From Actinomycetota bacterium (lineage in GTDB: Bacteria; Actinomycetota; Coriobacteriia; Anaerosomatales; PHET01): a DNA stretch of 64,000 nucleotides. Under the pieces are notes generated by a model. It saw only the letters and a program-made list of their open reading frames with translations. It did not search any database and had not been told where the DNA came from. Within the stretch, counting starts at the first letter, position 1, and every line of letters starts with the position of its first letter. Both the position numbers and the translations under genes were made by a program. Shown here piece after piece: positions 47,498 to 57,197 of this stretch. The stretch spans positions 6,768-70,767 of the forward strand of contig JBBIJX010000002.1 in NCBI GenBank assembly GCA_037445775.1, in the 5' to 3' direction.

Positions 47498-48404
47498 ACG
47501 CGTCACCATCGACGCCGAACGCACGAAGCGCGTCTCGTACGGTGACGGCGGACAGGTATCGTCCCGTGCGACGCCTCCGCGCGCCCGCGCCGACAGAGAG
47601 CGGCGCTCGGAGCCCCGAACCGTCTCAGCACAGGCCGCGCGCGTCGCGGCGGCGAAGCGCAAGGAACGTGAGCGGCGGCAGCGCATCATGCGCGCGAGGC
47701 GCGTGGTCGCTGCGTGCGCCGTGGCCGGGCTCGTGGCGCTCGTCATCTGGGCGGGGTATGCAGTCACTGAGCTGCCGGTCTTCGCCATCGACAGGGTTCA
47801 GGTGCAAGGATCGCGGCATTTGAGTACGCAGGAGGTGTTGGACCTCGCAGCGATACCAAGGGGCGACTCGCTACTTCGCTTGCCGAAGCGGCGGATCGCT
47901 TCACGGTTGCTTCAGAGTCCGTGGGTTGAAGACGTCAGGATCGACCGGGACCTGCCACGGACGGTGAAGATCGAGCTATCGGAGCGTACTCCGGTCGTGG
48001 TGGTCGACGACGGCGGCGCTGAGTTCTGGGTGGTGTCGGATGATGCCCTGTGGCTCGGCCCACGCAGTGCGACCGAGACCGATCTGCCCGTGGTGCGCGA
48101 TGCCGAAGTCACGAAGCGACGGACCGGCGCCCGCGTGTCGTCGCCGGAGATCGCGAATGCGGTCGCGCTCGTTCAGGGTGTTTCCTCAGAGCTGCTTCGG
48201 CAGACCCGGTTCATCTCGGCGCCCGCTGTGGAGCGGACCGCTCTCGTAACCGATGATGACGTCGAGGTCTTCTTCGGTGAGGCGGTCGATGTCGCCACAA
48301 AGGACCGAATCGCGCGCGAGATACTGCGGCGCGAGAAGGGCAAGGTCGTCTACATCAACGTGAGAGTCGTGGAGAGTCCGACCTGGCGCGGGCTTGAACC
48401 CTGA
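47442..48404 (+). CDS. ftsQ: Cell division protein FtsQ/DivIB (POTRA domain)
   Basis: Arg-rich cytoplasmic N-terminus, TM helix VVAACAVAGLVALVIWAGY, and a POTRA segment IDRVQVQGSRHLSTQEVL. The start is uncertain: ATG 47442 overlaps murB by 56 nt. Confidence 0.82.
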   Translation: MASNSGRRSGSSGASRPRRRVTIDAERTKRVSYGDGGQVSSRATPPRARADRERRSEPRTVSAQAARVAAAKRKERERRQRIMRARRVVAACAVAGLVALVIWAGYAVTELPVFAIDRVQVQGSRHLSTQEVLDLAAIPRGDSLLRLPKRRIASRLLQSPWVEDVRIDRDLPRTVKIELSERTPVVVVDDGGAEFWVVSDDALWLGPRSATETDLPVVRDAEVTKRRTGARVSSPEIANAVALVQGVSSELLRQTRFISAPAVERTALVTDDDVEVFFGEAVDVATKDRIAREILRREKGKVVYINVRVVESPTWRGLEP

Positions 48405-48594
48405 GTCGAGTGTGTGGATACGCCCCTTGAACAGCGAGTTTGTGTGCCGTTCGAGGGAGAATCGAGATTCGTGAGAATTGCGTCTTGCACTTAGGGTAAG
48501 GTTTATGCGAAGATTGAGTGTTATGTAATAACCATAACGATAAACTAGAGGTTGAGGGTTAGAACGAATCCTGTCCTTCCGGGGGAGGTCTGTG

Positions 48595-49674
48595 ATGCTC
48601 GAAACGGGTGCGAACTACCTTGCGGTCATCAAGGTGGTCGGTATCGGCGGCGGCGGTACCAACGCTGTCAACCGCATGGTCGAGGCCGGCGTCAAGGGTG
48701 TCGAGTTCATTGCGATCAACACCGACGCGCAGGCGCTGCTCATGTCCGACGCGGACTACAAGGTCCACGTCGGCGTGAATCTGACGAAGGGTTTGGGCGC
48801 CGGAGCGGATCCGGATGTCGGGTTCCAGGCGGCCGAGGAGAATCGCGCGGAGATCAAGGAGGCGCTCCAAGGCGCTGACATGGTGTTCGTGACCGCGGGC
48901 CAGGGTGGCGGCACGGGAACGGGGGCCGCACCGGTGATCGCGCAGATCGCGAAGGAGGAGATCGGTGCCCTGACCGTCGGCGTCGTGACGCGCCCGTTCG
49001 CTTTCGAGGGGCGTAAGCGCGCACTGCAGGCTGACGATGGCATCAAGCGGCTTCGCGACGTCGTCGACACGCTGATCGTCATTCCGAACGACCGGCTGCT
49101 GCAGGTCGCCGAGAAGAAGACGTCCATTCTGGACGCGTTTCGCGTCGCCGACGACGTGCTGCGGCAAGGCACGCAAGGCATCACCGACCTCATCACCGTC
49201 CCCGGCCTCATCAACCTGGACTTCGCCGACGTGCGGACGATCATGCAGAACGCTGGCTCCGCACTCATGGGCATCGGTATCGCCACCGGCGACATGCGTG
49301 CCCACGAGGCCGCCAAGGCTGCCATCTCGAGCCCGTTGCTTGAGTCATCGATTCAGGGAGCCCAAGGAGTACTGCTCTCGATCTCGGGCGGCAGCGACCT
49401 TGGCCTGTTCGAGGTCAACGAGGCGGCGGAGGTCGTTGCGGCCGCGGCCGCTCCGGATGCCAACATCATCTTCGGCGCCGTCATCGATGACTCCATGATG
49501 GACCAGATCAGGGTCACGGTGATCGCGACCGGTTTCGACGGCGCCCGAAAGCAGGAAACGATGTCGTTCTCGGCGTTGAGCGAGGATGACGCGGAGACCG
49601 GAGTGCCAGCGTTCGAGCCGCTGGGCGACGATGATCTCGATATCCCGGCGTTCCTGAAGAAGCGCTCGTACTAG
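48595..49674 (+). CDS. ftsZ: Cell division GTPase FtsZ
   Basis: [25 protein letters not shown], and [14 protein letters not shown] in place of the usual [21 protein letters not shown] lies 6 nt before ATG 48595 (GTG 48592 is an alternative). Confidence 0.97.
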   Translation: MLETGANYLAVIKVVGIGGGGTNAVNRMVEAGVKGVEFIAINTDAQALLMSDADYKVHVGVNLTKGLGAGADPDVGFQAAEENRAEIKEALQGADMVFVTAGQGGGTGTGAAPVIAQIAKEEIGALTVGVVTRPFAFEGRKRALQADDGIKRLRDVVDTLIVIPNDRLLQVAEKKTSILDAFRVADDVLRQGTQGITDLITVPGLINLDFADVRTIMQNAGSALMGIGIATGDMRAHEAAKAAISSPLLESSIQGAQGVLLSISGGSDLGLFEVNEAAEVVAAAAAPDANIIFGAVIDDSMMDQIRVTVIATGFDGARKQETMSFSALSEDDAETGVPAFEPLGDDDLDIPAFLKKRSY

Positions 49675-49693
49675 ACGCTCGACGCTTCCTTTT

Positions 49694-49750
49694 GGACCCG
49701 GTGGCGACGACGGCCCGACCTCGTCGCCACCGGGTCCGTCTGTTTGATCG
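49694..49750 (+). terminator. Rho-independent-type terminator after ftsZ
   Basis: Perfect 17-bp stem GGACCCGGTGGCGACGA (49694-49710) / TCGTCGCCACCGGGTCC (49721-49737) with a 10-nt loop, followed by GTCTGTTTG. Confidence 0.8.
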
Positions 49751-49846
49751 CCGGGGGCCGCGCCCACTGGCCGCGCTGGGCGCCGCGGGGTGTGCGGCCG
49801 GATCCGAACTGCGATGCTGTCGCCGGTGGCGCGTGGAAGGGCACCG

Positions 49847-50689
49847 ATGACTGAGCAGGTAGATACCGTTCAAAGGCCGTCCCTCGTGCGCCGCGTGCGG
49901 GACGGAGTCGCGGTCTGGACCGATGAGGCGCTCGCGGTCCAGCGTGGGGTGCTCGTCGCATTCTCGGAGCGCGAGGGCGGCGTGAGCGTACCACCGTTCG
50001 CATCGCTCAACGTCGCGGCGCACGTTGGTGATGCGCCGGGCGATGTCGACGAGAACCGGAGCAGACTCTTCGCGGCCTGCGGTTGTGCCGATACCGCTGG
50101 CGCGCTGACGATGGCCGATCAGGTCCACGGCAAGCGGATCGTCACTGTCGGCGTACACGAGGCCGGGTCGGGGAGAAGCGCCGGTGAGGGCGGTCGACCT
50201 CCGATCCCGGCGTGCGACGCGCTGATCACGAGCCTTCCACGCACCCCGCTGCTACTGTGCTTCGCGGACTGCGTGCCCATCGTCGTGGTGGCTCCCGGGC
50301 CGGTGGTCGCCGTGGTGCACGCCGGGTGGCGCGGTGTCCTTGCAGGGCTACCGTTTCGCGCGGTCGGCGCGGTTGCTGAGCAGGCAGGATGCACGCCCTT
50401 GCGCTTCCAGGTCTACATCGGTGCCCACATCTGTCACGAGCACTTCACCATTACAGCCGAGATCATGTCGCATTTCGTTGAAGCCTTTGGTACAGTTGCG
50501 CGGGCCGAATCGGGCGGGCTCGACCTCGGCGCCGTGGTGGATGCATCCCTGACCGACGCAGGAGTCGATCCGTGCAACATCGCACGCCTCGGAGTCTGCA
50601 CCGCCGAGGCTACCGACCGGTTCTTCTCGTATCGCGCCGAGGGCGGGCTCACGGGCCGTCACGGCGCGCTCGCGTGCATCGTGCGCTAA
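49847..50689 (+). CDS. pgeF: PgeF/YfiH (DUF152, laccase-domain) peptidoglycan editing factor / purine nucleoside phosphorylase-like
   Basis: ADCVPIVVV, VHAGWRG and IGAHICHEHF (Cys/His ligands). Its position directly after ftsZ matches actinobacteria and Bacillus ylmD. Confidence 0.85.
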   Translation: MTEQVDTVQRPSLVRRVRDGVAVWTDEALAVQRGVLVAFSEREGGVSVPPFASLNVAAHVGDAPGDVDENRSRLFAACGCADTAGALTMADQVHGKRIVTVGVHEAGSGRSAGEGGRPPIPACDALITSLPRTPLLLCFADCVPIVVVAPGPVVAVVHAGWRGVLAGLPFRAVGAVAEQAGCTPLRFQVYIGAHICHEHFTITAEIMSHFVEAFGTVARAESGGLDLGAVVDASLTDAGVDPCNIARLGVCTAEATDRFFSYRAEGGLTGRHGALACIVR

Positions 50690-51510
50690 TCGCCTTGCTT
50701 GTCGTCTGCATCGCCCTGACGGGCTGTGGACGCGGCGGCAGCCGAGCCGAAGACCAGGTGATCGTGACGGGGTCGACGACGCTGCTTCCCATCGCCGAGC
50801 AGGCGGCCGAGCAGTTCCAAGGGCTCAACCCCGGAACTTCTGTGCTTGTGTCGGGTCTGGGATCGTCCGCAGGTATTGAGGCGGTCATCGCCGGCACGAG
50901 CGGGATCGCGACATCCTCGCGTGACCTGAAATCCGAGGAGGAGGGCCACGGACTGATCGACACCCCGGTCGCCTACGACGGCATTGCTGTCATCGTGAAT
51001 CCCGGCAACCCCGTCGACGGTCTCACGACGGAGCAGTTGCGTGCGATCTACGCTGGCGAGATCACGAACTGGAAGGACGTCGGCGGGGCCGACCGCGTTA
51101 TCGATCTCGTGAACCGCGATGAGGCTTCAGGGACGCGTGAGGCTTTCAAGAAGATCGTCATGGGAGACGCGCACTTCGACCGCTCCTCGGTGGTGCTTCC
51201 CGGAACCGGCCAGGTGCGCGACGTCGTGTCTCGCTCGCCCGGCGCCATCGGCTACATCTCGGTGGGCTTTGTCGCCCCGCGGTTCACTAGCACTCTGGTC
51301 AAGGCCCTACGCGTCGACGGCGTGAAGCCGAGCGAAGAGACAGTGGCGTCGCAAGAGTACCCCATCGCACGTACGCTTCACTTCTTCACGAAAGGCGAGC
51401 CGACGGCGCTCGCGCACCGCTATATCGACTACGTCCTGTCCGACGACGTCCAGGACGGCGTCGTGATCGATGCTGGCTTCGTGCCAGTCACCGCGAGGGA
51501 CAGATTGTGA
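50674..51510 (+). CDS. pstS: Phosphate ABC transporter substrate-binding lipoprotein
   Basis: GTG 50674 gives VHRALIALLVVCIALTGC (signal peptide plus lipobox). GSTTLLP, GSSAGI and SGTREAF are PstS family II motifs. The start overlaps pgeF by 16 nt and I see no clear SD. Confidence 0.85.
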   Translation: MHRALIALLVVCIALTGCGRGGSRAEDQVIVTGSTTLLPIAEQAAEQFQGLNPGTSVLVSGLGSSAGIEAVIAGTSGIATSSRDLKSEEEGHGLIDTPVAYDGIAVIVNPGNPVDGLTTEQLRAIYAGEITNWKDVGGADRVIDLVNRDEASGTREAFKKIVMGDAHFDRSSVVLPGTGQVRDVVSRSPGAIGYISVGFVAPRFTSTLVKALRVDGVKPSEETVASQEYPIARTLHFFTKGEPTALAHRYIDYVLSDDVQDGVVIDAGFVPVTARDRL

Positions 51511-52412
51511 CGACGCCGAACGGGGTCGCCACAACGACGGGCGAGCTCACGCTCGTATCGCGTCAGATGCAGGTCAGGGAGTGGTTGCTGGCAGCTGTCT
51601 TCTTCCTTTGCGCGTTCGTAGCCGTGCTCGCGGTCGCCCTCATCTTCACCTTCGTCGGCTACAAGGCTCTGCCAATCGTCACCGAGGTTGGTCTTTGGCC
51701 GTTCCTGTTCGGTAGGGTGTGGGCGTCGTCCGAAGGCCTGTATGGGATCCTCCCGCTCATCGAGGGCTCGATCGTCGTCACGCTCGGAGCGCTCGCCATT
51801 GGTACGCCGCTCGCCGTCGGGACCGCGATCTTCCTCTCCGAGATAGCGTCACCGGGTGTGCGCGCGATCGTGAGGCCCGCAGTCGAGTTGCTCGCCGGCA
51901 TTCCGTCGGTCGTGTACGGGTTCTTCGGAGTCGTCATGCTGCGCCCGCTCATCGGGCGGCTTACTGACGGCATAGGGTTTGGGCCGCTCACCACATGGAT
52001 CATCCTCGCCATCATGATCGTGCCCACGATCGCGGCACTGTCAGAAGATGCGCTGCAGTCGATTCCCATGGGAATCCGTGAGGCGAGTTACGCCATGGGG
52101 GCCACCCAATGGCAGACGATCCACAAGGTCGTCGTGCCCGCGGCGAAGATCGGTATCGTGGACGCGATCATCCTCGGCATGGGGCGTGCCGTCGGGGAGA
52201 CGATGGCGGTGCTCATGCTCATCGGTGGCGCGGCCGTCTTCTTCGAGGGCATCGGCTCGCCGATGTCGACGCTCACGAGCCAGATCGTCATGGACATGGG
52301 TTACTCGACCGGCACTCACCGGACCGCGTTGTTTGCCATGGCGGCCATCCTCTTCGTCATCTCGATGGGGCTAGTGCTCGCCGTCCGTCTGATCTCACGG
52401 GATAAGGAGTGA
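51507..52412 (+). CDS. pstC: Phosphate ABC transporter permease PstC
   Basis: Polytopic. The EAA-like loop SEDALQSIPMGIREASYAMGATQWQT. Confidence 0.9.
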   Translation: MTTPNGVATTTGELTLVSRQMQVREWLLAAVFFLCAFVAVLAVALIFTFVGYKALPIVTEVGLWPFLFGRVWASSEGLYGILPLIEGSIVVTLGALAIGTPLAVGTAIFLSEIASPGVRAIVRPAVELLAGIPSVVYGFFGVVMLRPLIGRLTDGIGFGPLTTWIILAIMIVPTIAALSEDALQSIPMGIREASYAMGATQWQTIHKVVVPAAKIGIVDAIILGMGRAVGETMAVLMLIGGAAVFFEGIGSPMSTLTSQIVMDMGYSTGTHRTALFAMAAILFVISMGLVLAVRLISRDKE

Positions 52413-52416
52413 TCAG

Positions 52417-53241
52417 GTGGACAAGCGGATCGCCAACAACATCGCTCTCGCAATCCTGTGGCTGGCGGCTAGCATCACCGTCTTGTTGCTCGGGGCGATC
52501 ATTCTCTACGTCTTCTACAACGGCGTCCGGGTTCTGTCGTTCGAGTTCATTCTCACGCGCCCCCATGGGGTCAATGCCGAGGGCGGCATCGGCCCCACGA
52601 TCGTCGCGACGCTCTACGTCACCGGACTCTCGATGCTGATCTGCACGCCGATCGCCGTGCTCGCAGCGGTATACCTGGCCGAGTACGCGAAGCAGGGGCG
52701 CATGGTGTCGACGATCCGGTTCGCGGCCGACTCGCTCGCGAGCGTCCCGTCCATAGTTATGGGACTCTTCGGGTTCGCACTCTTCGTCGAGGCTATGGGC
52801 ATCGGTCTGTCAATGCTTTCGGCGGCGCTCGCGCTCTCGCTGCTGATGTTGCCCATCGTCATGCGCGCCACCGAGGAGGCGATCCGCGCCGTTCCCCGCT
52901 ACATCCGCTGGGGCTCGTACGGCATGGGCGCTACAAAGTGGCAGACTGTGAGCCGTGTGGTTCTGCCCGCCGCCGCGCCCCGCATCATCACGGGGATCGT
53001 GCTCGCCACTGGCCGTGCGGTGGGGGAGACGGCTGTCGTCTTCTATACGATGGGCCAGGCGATCCACATCCCGGTGTCGCCGCTCGAGTCTGGGCGCCCG
53101 ATGACGGTGCATCTCTATCTGCTCGCGGTCGACGGCATCAACCTGCCGGCGGCGTACGGGACCGCGCTGCTGCTCATGATCATGATCCTGGCGTTCAACC
53201 TGAGCGCACGCTGGATCCTCAAGCGATACCGGAAGGTGTAG
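52417..53241 (+). CDS. pstA: Phosphate ABC transporter permease PstA
   Basis: Polytopic. TEEAIRAVPRYIRWGSYGMGATKWQT. AAGGAG precedes the GTG. Confidence 0.9.
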   Translation: MDKRIANNIALAILWLAASITVLLLGAIILYVFYNGVRVLSFEFILTRPHGVNAEGGIGPTIVATLYVTGLSMLICTPIAVLAAVYLAEYAKQGRMVSTIRFAADSLASVPSIVMGLFGFALFVEAMGIGLSMLSAALALSLLMLPIVMRATEEAIRAVPRYIRWGSYGMGATKWQTVSRVVLPAAAPRIITGIVLATGRAVGETAVVFYTMGQAIHIPVSPLESGRPMTVHLYLLAVDGINLPAAYGTALLLMIMILAFNLSARWILKRYRKV

Positions 53242-53247
53242 GCACAG

Positions 53248-54075
53248 ATGAACCCGACGCCACAGATGGTCGCGCACCTCCGTCACGGTCGCCTCGACGT
53301 AGGGGCGTCGAAGATCAGCGTGACCGGACTGGACTTCTGGTACAGCGACTTCAATGCGCTGACGAACATCAGTGTCGAGATCCGCAAGGGGGCGGTCACC
53401 GCGTTCATCGGGCCCTCGGGATGCGGAAAGTCGACGTTCCTGAGGTGCATGAACCGCATGAACGACCTGATTCCGGGCACGCGCGTCGAAGGTACGATGC
53501 TTCTGGACGGCGCGGACATCTACGGCTCGGGCGTGGATCCGGTCGATCTGCGCCGAAGGGTCGGGATGATCTTCCAGCAGCCCAACCCGTTCCCCCAGTC
53601 CATCTACGACAACATCGCCTACGGGCCGCGTCTGCAGGGCGTGAAGAAGAAGAGCGATATCGATCACATCGTCGAGGAGTCATGCAAGCGCGCTAACCTC
53701 TGGAAGGAGGTGAAGGACATCCTCGGACGCGGAGGACTGACACTCTCCGGAGGTCAACAGCAGCGTTTGTGCATCGCCCGCGTGCTTGCGGTGCAGCCTG
53801 AGGTGCTTCTGATGGATGAGCCGTGCTCGGCCATCGACCCGACAAGCGTCCAGAAGATCGAGGACCTGATGGCCGAGATCAAGGACGACGTGACGATCGT
53901 CATCGTGACGCACAACATGCAACAGGCGGCTCGCGTGAGCGACTTCACCGCGTTCTTCCTGCAGGAAGTCGCCGGCGAGCCGGCTGTGCTCGTGGAGTTT
54001 GGCCGCACGAGCGAGATCTTCACGAGCCCTTCCGACAAGCGGACGGAAGACTACATCACGGGCCGGTTCGGCTAG
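53248..54075 (+). CDS. pstB: Phosphate ABC transporter ATP-binding protein
   Basis: [44 protein letters not shown]. Confidence 0.95.
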   Translation: MNPTPQMVAHLRHGRLDVGASKISVTGLDFWYSDFNALTNISVEIRKGAVTAFIGPSGCGKSTFLRCMNRMNDLIPGTRVEGTMLLDGADIYGSGVDPVDLRRRVGMIFQQPNPFPQSIYDNIAYGPRLQGVKKKSDIDHIVEESCKRANLWKEVKDILGRGGLTLSGGQQQRLCIARVLAVQPEVLLMDEPCSAIDPTSVQKIEDLMAEIKDDVTIVIVTHNMQQAARVSDFTAFFLQEVAGEPAVLVEFGRTSEIFTSPSDKRTEDYITGRFG

Positions 54076-54088
54076 GACAAGGTCTCCA

Positions 54089-54107
54089 ACGGACGTGTCA
54101 CGTCCGT
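54089..54107 (+). other. Short perfect hairpin/palindrome ACGGACG-TGTCA-CGTCCGT between pstB and phoU
   Basis: Read directly, 14 nt after the pstB stop. No U-tract follows it. Confidence 0.4.
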
Positions 54108-54177
54108 GAAACATCTCCTCCTCCGCATCGGAATATACTGAGAGGAGCGAACGTGCCGTCTGTGAAGGAGCGCATCC

Positions 54178-54843
54178 ATGCGTGAGCAATTCACCCAAGA
54201 GCTCGCCGACCTCCACGCCGAAGTCGTCGACATCGTCGCCGCTGTGACGTTTGCGACGCGATCGTCGGTCACGTCGCTCATCGAGGGTGACGTGGATGCT
54301 GCGGACGCCGTGATCGCCGGCGACGACAGCATCGATCACCGCTGCCTCGGCGTTGAGGAGCGAGTCCTCGAGACGATCGCGACGCAGTTCCCGGTCGCTC
54401 GCGACCTGCGGCTCCTCCAGTCTCTTGCGTATATCGCGATGCACCTCGAGCGCATGGCCGATCTAGCTGTGAACATCTCCAAGGCGACGCGTCGCACCGC
54501 GTCGAGGCGCGGCCCGCAGACGCTCTACGATCTCATTCAGGCGCAGGGCAACCTCGTCTACCGCGTGCTCGACGCCACGCGCGAGGCGCTTGCTGAAAGC
54601 GACCTCGACCTCGCGCGCAAGCTCCCGGATCTCGACGAGCCCATAGACCACCTGTACAAGCAGTTCTTCCGCGAGCTGGCGCGTCTGCACGACGAGGAGG
54701 ACATCGAATGGGCCTCATCGATGGTTCTTGCGAGCAGGTATCTCGAGCGGATCGCTGATAACGCGGTCGACATCGGCGAGCGGATCGCCTACCTCATCAC
54801 TGGTGAGCGCGACGGGGCCTCGGACGCCGCACCCGGGGCGTAG
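54178..54843 (+). CDS. phoU: Phosphate signalling complex protein PhoU
   Basis: 221 aa with two PhoU repeats (DDSIDHRCLGVEERVLE, LERMADLAVNI / LERIADNAVDIGE). Confidence 0.92.
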   Translation: MREQFTQELADLHAEVVDIVAAVTFATRSSVTSLIEGDVDAADAVIAGDDSIDHRCLGVEERVLETIATQFPVARDLRLLQSLAYIAMHLERMADLAVNISKATRRTASRRGPQTLYDLIQAQGNLVYRVLDATREALAESDLDLARKLPDLDEPIDHLYKQFFRELARLHDEEDIEWASSMVLASRYLERIADNAVDIGERIAYLITGERDGASDAAPGA

Positions 54844-54846
54844 GCG

Positions 54847-55524
54847 ATGAGCGCTATCGCTGCCCGCTATGAGGCGGTCAGGCGTCACGTAGCCGACGCT
54901 GCGGACGTCTCAGGGCGCGACCCCGGCGACGTCACAGTGGTCGCGGTGACCAAGACGGTCGGTATCGACGAGATCCGACACGCGCTCGACGCGGGGATCG
55001 CGGACTTCGGTGAGAACCGTGTGCAGGAGTTCCTAGGCAAGCACGGGCTGTTCCCAGGGGCTCGATGGCACTTCATCGGGACACTCCAGACGAACAAGGT
55101 CAAAGACGTCGTGGGCCGCGCGTGTCTCATCCATTCGGTCGACTCATTCCGGCTGCTGGCCGAGATCGCGCGCCGGGCGACCGCAGCCGCCGTGCGGCAG
55201 GACGTCCTGTTGCAGGTCAACGTCAGTGGCGAGACTTCGAAGCACGGCTTCGCCGCCGGTGAGGTGCGCGACGCGCTTATCGACGCCTCGACGATGACCG
55301 GCATCCGTGTTCGCGGGCTCATGACGATGGCACCTCTGGGCCGGGCGGAAGATGCGCGGGCGGTCTTTCGCGGCCTGAAGGAGGTCCGAGACTCGCTGCG
55401 GGAGATGCCCCTCAATGGTGTAGAGTTAGACGAGCTGTCGATGGGCATGTCCAACGACTACCGCGTCGCCGTGGAGGAGGGCGCCACGATCGTGCGCGTG
55501 GGGCGGTCCATCTTCGGCAGGTAG
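54847..55524 (+). CDS. yggS: PLP homeostasis protein YggS/YlmE
   Basis: VAVTKTV (PLP lysine), FGENRVQE, HFIGTLQTNKV, LSMGMSNDY. Confidence 0.92.
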   Translation: MSAIAARYEAVRRHVADAADVSGRDPGDVTVVAVTKTVGIDEIRHALDAGIADFGENRVQEFLGKHGLFPGARWHFIGTLQTNKVKDVVGRACLIHSVDSFRLLAEIARRATAAAVRQDVLLQVNVSGETSKHGFAAGEVRDALIDASTMTGIRVRGLMTMAPLGRAEDARAVFRGLKEVRDSLREMPLNGVELDELSMGMSNDYRVAVEEGATIVRVGRSIFGR

Positions 55525-55545
55525 GGACGACAGAGGGAGCATCAC

Positions 55546-56067
55546 GTGGGCTTCTGGCACGCCATGAAGGTCAAGCTGGGACTCGAAGAAGAGTGGGACG
55601 ACGAAGAGTACTACGAGGACGACTATCACGATGCGGCTGACGATGACGACGCGGCCTCTCCCTACTCGTCGGCGGCCGGCGTCGGCGCGGTGCGCCGACT
55701 CGAGAGGGGCGAGCCGGACAGGCATCGTGCGAGCCACTTGCGGAGCGTGCCCGCGGTTTCGGAACGCGGAGCGGGAATTGCGCCTCAGGTCAAGATGCAT
55801 ATCGTCGAGCCGAAGAGCTTCGGCGAGGCGCAGGCGATTGCGGACCGGTTCAAGCAGGGGACTCCGGTGATCCTGAATCTCACCTCCGCGCCGCCGGACG
55901 TCGCGAAGCGGCTGCTGGACTTCACCGCAGGTCTCACATACGGGCTGGACGGCGGCTTGCAGAAGGTGTCGGAGCGAGTCTTCATGCTGACGCCCGCGAA
56001 CGTCGAGGTGTCTGAGGCCGATCGCCGGAGGCTGCAAAGCACCGGCATGTTCACGATCCCGGAGTAG
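55546..56067 (+). CDS. sepF: Cell division protein SepF
   Basis: Amphipathic N-terminus FWHAMKVKLGL, acidic linker, and C-terminal domain IVEPKSFGEAQAIADRFKQGTPVILNL. Confidence 0.9.
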   Translation: MGFWHAMKVKLGLEEEWDDEEYYEDDYHDAADDDDAASPYSSAAGVGAVRRLERGEPDRHRASHLRSVPAVSERGAGIAPQVKMHIVEPKSFGEAQAIADRFKQGTPVILNLTSAPPDVAKRLLDFTAGLTYGLDGGLQKVSERVFMLTPANVEVSEADRRRLQSTGMFTIPE

Positions 56068-56072
56068 CGCGA

Positions 56073-56903
56073 GTGACGAGTAGCGGAGGAGTGGAGTTGC
56101 GCGACACGCGTCTCGCCGTGATCGGCGGAGGCCGAATGGGCGAGGCGATCGTTGCCGGGCTGGTGCGCGCGCGCTCTCTCGAACCGGGGGCGATCACGGT
56201 CGCCGAACCGGATGCGCCGCGCAGAGAGGCCCTGGCCGCGAACCACGGTGTCGTGTGCGTACCGGATGGTGCGTCTGCGGTGATCGACGCCGATGTCGTG
56301 CTGCTCGCAGTGAAGCCCCAGGTCATCGACGGCGTGGTCTCTGAGCTCGCCTCGGCTCTTGGCGGACGCGTGGTTGTGTCGATCGCCGCGGGCATCTCAT
56401 GCGCGCGGCTTGAAGCGGCACTTCCGGATGACGCACGCGTCATCCGCGTGATGCCGAATACTCCCGCTCTCGTGGGCGAGGGCATGGCGCTCGTGAGCGC
56501 TGGTACCGGGGCCGGCCCAGATGATGTCGAACTCGTCCGGGCGCTCTTCGACGCACTCGGCCGTGCGCTCGTCGTGGATGAGCGGTATCAGGACGCGGGC
56601 ACGGCGATCTCTGGCTCCGGCCCGGCGTACTTCGCGCTTGTCGTCGACGCGCTGGCCTGCGGAGGCGTGGCGCAGGGCCTTGTGCGCGAGACGGCGGAAG
56701 CGCTCGCCATCCAGACGATGCTTGGGACCGCGCGGATGCTGCAGGAAACAGGAGTGCATCCCGAAGCGCTGATCGACGGTGTGTCGAGTCCGGGGGGCAC
56801 CACTATCGCCGCCGTCGAGCGGCTTGAAGCTCGCGGCGTACGGGCGGCCTTCGCAGAGGCGGTCGATGCCGCCGTTGCTCGCTCACGAGAGCTTGGTGGA
56901 TAG
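56073..56903 (+). CDS. proC: Pyrroline-5-carboxylate reductase
   Basis: VIGGGRMGEAI, LAVKPQV, RVMPNTPALVGEG, and VSSPGGTTIAAV in the position of the usual SPGGTT motif. Confidence 0.92.
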   Translation: MTSSGGVELRDTRLAVIGGGRMGEAIVAGLVRARSLEPGAITVAEPDAPRREALAANHGVVCVPDGASAVIDADVVLLAVKPQVIDGVVSELASALGGRVVVSIAAGISCARLEAALPDDARVIRVMPNTPALVGEGMALVSAGTGAGPDDVELVRALFDALGRALVVDERYQDAGTAISGSGPAYFALVVDALACGGVAQGLVRETAEALAIQTMLGTARMLQETGVHPEALIDGVSSPGGTTIAAVERLEARGVRAAFAEAVDAAVARSRELGG

Positions 56904-56906
56904 GCC

Positions 56907-57161
56907 ATGCTTGATATCGGTGGCATCGTCCTTACGCTCGCCCGCTTCTACGTCTGGCTCATCATCGCTTACGTGATCCTGTCATGGTTCCCCGGAACCG
57001 GCGTTTTCGGCGAGGTCCGCCGTGTGCTCGCGACGCTTGTCGAGCCGTATCTGACGCTTTTTCGGCGTATCATCCCGCCCATGGGTACCCTCGACATCTC
57101 TCCGATCGTGGCGATACTCGTGCTGCAGGTCGCCGCGAGCCAGCTCTCAAGGATCCTATAG
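56907..57161 (+). CDS. yggT: YggT-family membrane protein
   Basis: 84 aa, two TM helices. LIIAYVILSWFP and DISPIVAILVLQ. Confidence 0.85.
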   Translation: MLDIGGIVLTLARFYVWLIIAYVILSWFPGTGVFGEVRRVLATLVEPYLTLFRRIIPPMGTLDISPIVAILVLQVAASQLSRIL

Positions 57162-57197
57162 CCGCTCCGAGAGACGCCATCTGAGGAAGGAACACCG

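Noticed and set aside
48503-48546. dif-like (XerCD) site suggested by TTATGCGAAGA and TTATGTAATAA half-site look-alikes
   Set aside because: A dif site needs ...CATAA-N6-TTATG... (inward-facing arms). Here the TTATG motifs are direct repeats, and the inverted pair is TTATG-N-CATAA (outward-facing). The location in the ftsZ promoter region is also atypical.
50430-50500. Pho-box-like TT(A/C)ACA/TTCACC repeats inside the 3' end of pgeF, as a pst promoter
   Set aside because: I found only single weak matches (TTCACC once, TTACAG once). The local AT enrichment is explained by conserved PgeF residues (HICHEHFTITAEIM). The evidence is insufficient without a lineage-specific matrix.
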